Below, piece after piece: positions 7,901-12,734 of a stretch of DNA of 12,734 nt. Under the pieces are notes generated by a model that was not told where the DNA came from, ran no database searches, and saw nothing but the letters and a program-made list of their open reading frames with translations. The translations under genes and the position numbers were made by a program. Every line of letters starts with the position of its first letter. Within the stretch, counting starts at the first letter, position 1. This DNA comes from a virus (taxonomy: Duplodnaviria > Heunggongvirae > Uroviricota > Caudoviricetes), in IMG/VR virus record IMGVR_UViG_2548876862_000016; one strand, given 5' to 3'.

Positions 7901-7991
7901 GGAGGTGGCCCGCCAGCTTGATGAACGTGAACGCAGGCTGAAGGCAAAAGCCAGGAGTAACTACAGCGATCAGGGGGGATACGACGCATGA
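4914..7991 (+). CDS. T: Tail tape measure protein (P2 gpT)
   Basis: 1025 aa; coiled-coil-like N-terminal third, central hydrophobic repeat region, Gly-rich C-terminal part; lies between E/E' and U. Confidence 0.95.
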   Translation: MSDNSLRLQVILNAVDKLTRPFRSAQASSRELAAAVKKSRDAIKQLDQAGSSLDSFRKLQAENQKLGDRLNYARQRANLLSQELGAMGPPSQRQVVALGRQRLAVQRLEERQKKLQQQTALVRAELYRAGISAKDDAGATARLARETSRYNQELSKQEARLKRLGEAQRRMNAARASYARSLEVRDRIAGAGATTTAAGLAMGAPVMAAVKSYTSMEDAMKGVAKQVNGLRDDNGNRTARFYEMQDAIKAASEQLPMENGAVDFAALVEGGARMNVANPDDSWEDQKRDLLAFASTAAKAATAFELPADELSESLGKIAQLYKIPTRNIEQLGDALNYLDDNAMSKGADIIDVMQRLGGVADRLDYRKAAALGSTFLTLGAAPEVAASAANAMVRELSIATMQSKSFFEGMNLLKLNPEVIEKQMTKDAMGTIQRVLEKVNALPQDKRLSAMTMLFGKEFGDDAAKLANNLPELQRQLKLTAGNDALGSMQKESDINKDSLSAQWLLVKTGAQNTFSSLGETLRQPLMDILYTVKSVTGALRRWVEANPELTGTLMKASAVVAAVTVGLGTLAVALAAVLGPLAVIRLGFSVLGIKTLSSVTAAVTRTSSALSWLAGAPLALLRRGLASSGNAAGLLTAPLSSLRRTASLTGNVLKTVAGAPVALLRSGLSGLRAVAVMFMNPLAVLRGGLAAAGTVLRVLASGPLAMLRVALYAISGLLGALLSPIGLVVTALAGVALVVWKYWQPITAFLGGVVEGFKAAAGPISAAFEPLKPVFQWIGDKVQALWGWFTELLTPVKSTSAELQSAAAMGRRFGEALTEGLNMVMHPLDSLKSGVSWLLEKLGIVSKEAAKAKLPESVTRQQPATVNADGKVMMSSGDFPSWGYGFAGMYDSGGYIPRGQFGIVGENGPEIVNGPANVTSRRNTAALAAVVAGMMGVAAAPAELPPLHPLALPAKGGEAMVSRAATVPPIYRIEAPTQIIIQTQPGQSAQDIAREVARQLDERERRLKAKARSNYSDQGGYDA
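6765..7055 (+). repeat. Five degenerate tandem repeats (63-66 nt period) inside T, encoding a hydrophobic 21-22 aa unit (x-P-L-A/S-x-L-R-x-G-L)
   Basis: Repeat units start near 6765, 6828, 6894, 6957 and 7023: APLALLRRGL / APLSSLRRTASL / APVALLRSGL / NPLAVLRGGL / GPLAMLRVAL. Confidence 0.7.
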
Positions 7992-8473
7992 TGATGGTGC
8001 TGGGATTGTACGTGTTTATGCTGCGCACCGTGCCGTATCAGGAGCTGCAGTATCAACGCAGCTGGCGACATGCGGCAAACAGCCGGGTAAACCGACGTCC
8101 GTCCACGCAGTTTCTGGGACCGGACAACGACATGCTGACGCTTTCCGGTGTTCTTATGCCGGAGATAACAGGTGGCAGGCTGTCGTTGCTGGCACTGGAG
8201 CAGATGGCAGAACAGGGGAAAGCATGGCCCCTGATTGAAGGCAGTGGCACGATTTATGGCATGTATGTGATTGAGGGACTGAATCAGACTAAAACGGAGT
8301 TTTTCCGCGACGGTATGCCGCGCCGGATTGAGTTCACCCTGTCGCTCAAACGGGTGGATGAATCCCTGTCCGATATATTCGGTGATCTCAGTGCGCAACT
8401 GAATAATCTGCAGGACACAGCAACGTCTGCCTTAAGCGATATCAGTAAAACGGTGGGAGGGCTGCTGTCATGA
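7988..8473 (+). CDS. U: Tail protein (P2 gpU)
   Basis: 161 aa (P2 U is about 159 aa); ATGA overlap with the T stop; three consecutive ATG codons at 7988-7996. Confidence 0.9.
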   Translation: MMMVLGLYVFMLRTVPYQELQYQRSWRHAANSRVNRRPSTQFLGPDNDMLTLSGVLMPEITGGRLSLLALEQMAEQGKAWPLIEGSGTIYGMYVIEGLNQTKTEFFRDGMPRRIEFTLSLKRVDESLSDIFGDLSAQLNNLQDTATSALSDISKTVGGLLS

Positions 8474-9570
8474 ATTTCAGCTCTGAACTGCTTAACAAAG
8501 GCAACAAAACTCCCGCATTCAGCATCAGTATTGAGGGCAGGGATATCACCACTGTGCTGGATAACCGCCTGATGAGTTTGACGCTGACGGACAATCGGGG
8601 CTTTGAAGCGGACCAGCTTGATCTGGAGCTGGACGACGCCGACGGAAAAATCGTGCTGCCGCGCCGTGGTGCGGTTATTACGCTGGCGCTGGGCTGGAAG
8701 GGGCAGCCGCTTTTCCCGAAAGGGGCATTCACGGTGGACGAGATTGAACACACTGGCGCACCGGACCGCCTGACTATCCGGGCGCGAAGTGCTGATTTTC
8801 GTGAAACGCTGAATACCCGCCGTGAAAAGTCGTGGCACAAGACCACCGTCGGGGAAGTGGTGAAGGAAATAGCTGTGCGGCACAAACTGAAGATGGCATT
8901 GGGTAAAGACCTGTCAGATAAACCCGTGGAACATATAGACCAGACCAATGAGAGTGACGGCAGTTTTCTGATGCGGCTGGCGCGCCAGTACGGTGCTATT
9001 GCGTCGGTGAAAAATGGCAATCTGTTATTCATCCGGCAGGGACAGGGTAAAAGCGCCAGCGGTAAACCACTACCGGTTATCACTATCACACGTAAGGACG
9101 GCGACAGTCACCGCTTTACCCTGGCAGATCGCGGAGCCTACACGGGCGTAATTGCCAGCTGGTTGCATACCCGCGAACCCGCGAAGAATGAAAGCACCAC
9201 GGTGAAGCGTAAGCGCAGGACTAAGAAGCAGAAGAAAGAGCCGGAAGCGAAGCAGGGCGATTACCTGGTGGGTACAGATGAAAACGTGCTGGTACTTAAT
9301 CGCACCTATGCCAACCGGAGCAACGCCGAACGGGCGGCGAAAATGCAGTGGGAACGCCTGCAACGCGGCGTTGCGTCATTCTCGCTACAACTGGCAGAAG
9401 GTCGGGCAGATCTCTACACGGAAATGCCAGTGAAAGTCAGTGGCTTTAAACAGCCGATAGATGATGCGGAATGGACCATTACGACTCTGACGCATACCGT
9501 CAGCCCCGATAACGGTTTTACAACCAGTCTGGAGCTTGAAGTGAGGATTGATGATTTCGAAATGGAATGA
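8470..9570 (+). CDS. D: Tail protein / late gene D product (P2 gpD)
   Basis: 366 aa with a basic KRKRRTKKQKKEPEAK stretch; ATGA overlap with the U stop; last gene of the tail block before ogr. Confidence 0.95.
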   Translation: MNFSSELLNKGNKTPAFSISIEGRDITTVLDNRLMSLTLTDNRGFEADQLDLELDDADGKIVLPRRGAVITLALGWKGQPLFPKGAFTVDEIEHTGAPDRLTIRARSADFRETLNTRREKSWHKTTVGEVVKEIAVRHKLKMALGKDLSDKPVEHIDQTNESDGSFLMRLARQYGAIASVKNGNLLFIRQGQGKSASGKPLPVITITRKDGDSHRFTLADRGAYTGVIASWLHTREPAKNESTTVKRKRRTKKQKKEPEAKQGDYLVGTDENVLVLNRTYANRSNAERAAKMQWERLQRGVASFSLQLAEGRADLYTEMPVKVSGFKQPIDDAEWTITTLTHTVSPDNGFTTSLELEVRIDDFEME

Positions 9571-9596
9571 TTCTTCGCAATGGAGAACTTTTAAGT

Positions 9597-9626
9597 TTGC
9601 AAAATGGAATAATGCGGTGTCATTAT
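9597..9626 (+). promoter_or_regulatory. Candidate sigma70 promoter for ogr (TTGCAA, 18-bp spacer, extended -10 TGtCATTAT)
   Basis: Hexamers read directly from the D-ogr intergenic sequence; weak match, no experimental support. Confidence 0.3.
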
Positions 9627-9660
9627 TGTGAATTTAGCAAAAATGGGGAGAACTCGAAAA

Positions 9661-9879
9661 ATGATGATTTGCCCACTGTGTGGAAGTGCCGCCCATACTC
9701 GCAGCAGTTTTCAGGTATCTTCATTGACCAAAGAGCGTTACAACCAGTGCCAGAACATTAACTGCAGCCATACTTTTGTTACCCATGAAACTTTTGTTCG
9801 TTCGATTGCAACGCCAAAAGAGTCAAATCCGGTTCAGCCGCATCCAATGAAATCAGGACAGGTGGCGCTCTCTCTTTGA
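9661..9879 (+). CDS. ogr: Late transcription activator Ogr (zinc-finger, P2 Ogr / 186 B / P4 delta family)
   Basis: CPLCGSAAHTRSS...YNQCQNINCSHTF gives the Cys4 zinc-finger pattern of Ogr. The ORF track starts at GTG 9628, but ATG 9661, 10 nt after GGGGAG, gives the canonical ~72-aa protein beginning MMICPLC. Confidence 0.85.
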   Translation: MMICPLCGSAAHTRSSFQVSSLTKERYNQCQNINCSHTFVTHETFVRSIATPKESNPVQPHPMKSGQVALSL

Positions 9880-9959
9880 CGCTGCCGCCATTTTGTCGCC
9901 ATCATTAAAAAACAGTGCTTCTAACATCATGATTTTGAATGGCATAAATTTCAGGCAAC

Positions 9960-10002
9960 AAAAAACCCATCAACCTTGAACCGAAATGGCGGGGTTGATG
10001 GG
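9960..10002 (-). terminator. Minus-strand intrinsic terminator candidate (10-bp stem, then six T)
   Basis: On the minus strand: CCCATCAACC - 17-nt loop - GGTTGATGGG followed by TTTTTT; it lies 110-150 nt downstream of the ybjL stop. Confidence 0.5.
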
Positions 10003-10114
10003 CTCCACAAAATGGGGACATCAAAGAAAAGCAGTGGCACTAATTAAGACTGATGCCCTGCGGAAAAGTTCTGCGGTTGTGCAAAAAAATTTCATTTTCA
10101 GGGCAACTTCAGTT

Positions 10115-11800
10115 TTATCCTAATCTTGGCCATACCATGACGATGATTGTCCCTGCCAGCGTCAGCAGGACGTTGGCGATTGCATAGGTGCCCGCATAGC
10201 CCAGCGCCGGGATGTTACTGCGAGCTGTATCACTGATGATCTCCATTGCCGGCGCGCAGGTACGTGCGCCCATCATTGCGCCGAACAACAGCGCGCGGTT
10301 CATTCGCAATACATAAGCACCGAACAAGAAACAGATAACCACGGGCACCAGACTGACAATCAATCCGGCAATCAACATCTGACCGCCAATCGCGCCCAGG
10401 CCGTTATTAATACCGCTACCGGCGCTCAGACCAACGCCTGCCATAAACACCATCAAGCCGAACTCTTTCACCATGCTTAATGCACCCTGCGGAATGTAAC
10501 CGAAGGTCGGGTGGTTAGCACGCATAAAGCCCAGCATAATTCCGGCGAATAACAACCCGGCAGCGTTCCCCATGCCGAAACTGAATGTGCTGAACTGGAA
10601 GGTGATCATCCCGATCATCAGCCCAATAACAAAGAAGGCGCAGAATGCCAGCAGGTCAGTGACCTGGCTGTGAATCGAGATAAAGCCGATGCGATCGGCG
10701 ATGGTTTTTACGCGGCGGGCATCGCCGCTGACTTGTAAAACGTCACCTTTGTTAAGCACGACGTTGTCATCTATCGGCATCTCAATCTGGCTACGAATGA
10801 CGCGGTTAAGGAAGCAACCGTGATCGGTCAACTTCAGTTGTGCGAGACGTTTACCTACAGCGTTATGGTTTTTAACGACCACTTCTTCAGTGACGATACG
10901 CATGTCGAGAAGGTCACGATCGAAAACTTCTTTACCGTTACGGAAGCTGGGATCGAGTCGGGCATGGGCGTCGGGATAGCCTACCAACGCTATTTCATCG
11001 CCCATTTGTAGCACGGCATCACCGTCTGGATTTGCCAGAATCCCGTTACGTCGAATACGTTCAATGTAGCAGCCGGTTTGTCGATAAATACCCAGTTCAC
11101 GCAGATTTTTGCCGTCGGTCCAGGCCACCAGTTCCGGGCCGACGCGATAGGCGCGGATCACCGGTAAATAAACCTTACGGTTGGCATCAGTGTCCAGGCC
11201 ACGTTCGCGGGCGATTTGCTGGGCGCTGGTCTGTAAGTCCTGATGCTGCAATTTCGGCAAGTAACGCGCACCAACAATCAAACTCACCAGACCGATTAAA
11301 TAGGTTAAGGCATACCCGAGGCTCAGATTATCCAGTGCCAGTGAGAGCTGCCTGCTTTCCATGCCGGAATGACGCAGTGTATCGCCAGCACCGACCAGAA
11401 CCGGTGTCGACGTCATAGAACCTGCTAACATACCGGCCGTCAGGCCAATATCCCAGCCAAACAGCTTACCTAACCCTAAGGCGATCACCAGCGCACTGCC
11501 AACCATCACCAGTGCTAACATTAGGTAATTTTTCCCATCGCGAAAAAAAATGGAAAAAAAGTTCGGTCCGGCTTCGACCCCGACGCAGAAAATAAACAGC
11601 ATAAAGCCAAGATTAAGCGCATCGGTGTTAATGCTGAAATGTTGTTGGCCTAATAACAGCGATACGACTAAAACGCCAATGGAATTACCCAGTTGGATCG
11701 AACCAAGTCGTAACTTTCCGAGACATAGCCCAAGCGCGAGGACCACAAATAATAACAGAATGTAATTCCCATTTAACAATTCGGCGACGTTTATATTCAC
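10115..11800 (-). CDS. ybjL: Putative transport protein YbjL (AAE / YidE-YbjL family with two central RCK/TrkA-C domains)
   Basis: 561 aa, [36 protein letters not shown]...; matches E. coli YbjL in length and sequence as I remember it; GTG start at 11800. Confidence 0.93.
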   Translation of the reverse strand: MNINVAELLNGNYILLLFVVLALGLCLGKLRLGSIQLGNSIGVLVVSLLLGQQHFSINTDALNLGFMLFIFCVGVEAGPNFFSIFFRDGKNYLMLALVMVGSALVIALGLGKLFGWDIGLTAGMLAGSMTSTPVLVGAGDTLRHSGMESRQLSLALDNLSLGYALTYLIGLVSLIVGARYLPKLQHQDLQTSAQQIARERGLDTDANRKVYLPVIRAYRVGPELVAWTDGKNLRELGIYRQTGCYIERIRRNGILANPDGDAVLQMGDEIALVGYPDAHARLDPSFRNGKEVFDRDLLDMRIVTEEVVVKNHNAVGKRLAQLKLTDHGCFLNRVIRSQIEMPIDDNVVLNKGDVLQVSGDARRVKTIADRIGFISIHSQVTDLLAFCAFFVIGLMIGMITFQFSTFSFGMGNAAGLLFAGIMLGFMRANHPTFGYIPQGALSMVKEFGLMVFMAGVGLSAGSGINNGLGAIGGQMLIAGLIVSLVPVVICFLFGAYVLRMNRALLFGAMMGARTCAPAMEIISDTARSNIPALGYAGTYAIANVLLTLAGTIIVMVWPRLG

Positions 11801-12069
11801 GGAGGCTAACTTCTTGTTTACTAGTAAGCTGTTGAAAGAAATGGTAATTTACGATAATGTTTTTTACCAGAATTCAGGGCGCAGATTCATTCAGCGCACC
11901 TAAACGATAGTAAAGTAACAATATATTTTACTAGTGTAATCACATTAGGTATCAACGGCTATATGAATTGCGTTGGCCTATATTAGCATGGAATGCGAAG
12001 CGGCTTTATCTTACTGAACGCCACACTGGCGAAAAATGTGTTCGATAGACGCAGTGTCAGGAGGAACGA

Positions 12070-12447
12070 GTGAAACATAAACAACGTTGGGCGGGGGCAA
12101 TCTGCTGTTTTGTCCTCTTCATTGTGGTGTGCCTTTTTCTGGCGACGCACATGAAAGGCGCTTTTCGGGCTGCCGGGCATCCTGAAATCGGCTTGCTATT
12201 TTTCATTCTTCCTGGAGCAGTCGCCAGCTTCTTTTCACAGCGTAGAGAAGTCCTGAAACCTCTGTTTGGCGCAATGCTGGCGGCACCCTGTTCGATGCTC
12301 ATTATGCGGCTGTTTTTTTCACCGACGCGCTCATTCTGGCAAGAGCTGGCATGGTTACTAAGCGCGGTGTTCTGGTGTGCGCTGGGGGCACTGTGTTTCT
12401 TATTTATCAGTAGTTTGTTTAAACCACAGCACAGAAAAAATCAGTAA
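12070..12447 (+). CDS. ybjM: Inner membrane protein YbjM
   Basis: 125 aa, MKHKQRWAGAICCFVLFIVVCLF...; GTG start with AGGAGG 6 nt upstream; divergent from ybjL as in E. coli. Confidence 0.9.
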   Translation: MKHKQRWAGAICCFVLFIVVCLFLATHMKGAFRAAGHPEIGLLFFILPGAVASFFSQRREVLKPLFGAMLAAPCSMLIMRLFFSPTRSFWQELAWLLSAVFWCALGALCFLFISSLFKPQHRKNQ

Positions 12448-12467
12448 AGCCCTCAACGCGAGGGCTT
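12448..12467. terminator. Hairpin between the convergent ybjM and grxA genes (possible bidirectional terminator)
   Basis: AAGCCCTC-AACGC-GAGGGCTT (8-bp stem, 5-nt loop) immediately after the ybjM stop and 10 nt from the grxA stop; short T-tracts on both strands. Confidence 0.5.
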
Positions 12468-12476
12468 GTCAGACGA

Positions 12477-12734
12477 TCAGGCGTCCAGATTTTCTTTCAC
12501 CCATGCAGCAAAATCGGTATAGCCGCCGATATGTTGCTGATCGACAAAAATCTGCGGCACGGTTTCTACGGGTTTACCTGCCTTTTGTTGTAGATCTTCT
12601 TTAGTGATCCCTTCCGCACGAATATCTACATACTGATACTGAAAATCATCGCGTTCATTGCTCAATTTCTCAGCCAGATCTTTTGCACGCACACAGTAAG
12701 GGCAACCCGAACGACCAAAAATAACGGTTTGCAT
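12477..12734 (-). CDS. grxA: Glutaredoxin 1
   Basis: 85 aa, MQTVIFGRSGCPYCVRAKDLAEKL... with the CPYC active site; matches E. coli GrxA. The start codon sits on the last three bases of the window, so the promoter is off-window. Confidence 0.95.
   Translation of the reverse strand: MQTVIFGRSGCPYCVRAKDLAEKLSNERDDFQYQYVDIRAEGITKEDLQQKAGKPVETVPQIFVDQQHIGGYTDFAAWVKENLDA

Larger units (their letters stand above)
1..9950. mobile_element. P2-like prophage, tail and late-control end; left boundary off-window, right boundary unresolved within 9880-10114
   Basis: P2 gene order FI-FII-E/E'-T-U-D-ogr on the + strand with ATGA start/stop overlaps, preceded by tail-fibre cassettes and an invertase, followed directly by E. 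coli core genes ybjL/ybjM/grxA. Confidence 0.85.

Noticed and set aside
8284-9363. Minus-strand ORFs (8284-8883, 8442-9089, 9070-9363) antisense to U and D
   Set aside because: Antisense shadows of the U and D coding frames; Arg/Ser-rich low-complexity translations.
9567-9761. 64-aa + strand ORF spanning the D stop and the ogr start in another frame
   Set aside because: It overlaps ogr out of frame and would conflict with the conserved Ogr zinc-finger reading frame.
9966-10002. Hairpin as a tRNA fragment or att core rather than a terminator
   Set aside because: No tRNA-like arms or anticodon loop could be recognised, and the downstream T6 on the minus strand fits an intrinsic terminator for ybjL better; the att core remains unlocated.
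11032-12604. ORFs 11032-11418 (+), 12057-12302 (-) and 12377-12604 (+) in the host region
   Set aside because: They are antisense to, or out of frame with, ybjL, ybjM and grxA, which match well-known E. coli proteins.
1-12734. CRISPR arrays, rRNA or tRNA genes
   Set aside because: No direct-repeat/spacer periodicity and no structured RNA gene signatures were seen by eye; apart from short intergenic stretches the window is protein-coding.

Overview
This window is the right-hand end of a P2-like prophage in an Escherichia/Shigella-type chromosome, followed by host core genes. From left to right: (i) a ~1.9 kb invertible tail-fibre segment (1-1996) bounded by perfect 55-bp inverted repeats that contain hix/gix-like 26-bp crossover sites, carrying two alternative tail-fibre C-terminal cassettes, each with its own tail-fibre assembly chaperone; (ii) a Gin/Pin/Cin/Hin-family serine DNA invertase (2024-2590); (iii) the P2 tail and late-control operon FI (sheath), FII (tube), E and E+E' (programmed -1 frameshift), T (tape measure), U, D, then ogr; (iv) the prophage/host junction (about 9880-10114); (v) host genes ybjL (-), ybjM (+) and grxA (-, start codon at the window edge). 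I did not find a clearly novel system. The most interesting element is the invertase-driven host-range switch, which sits where P2 itself carries the Z/fun accessory locus. All calls rest on reading the sequence and the supplied translations against remembered protein families; no database search was run.
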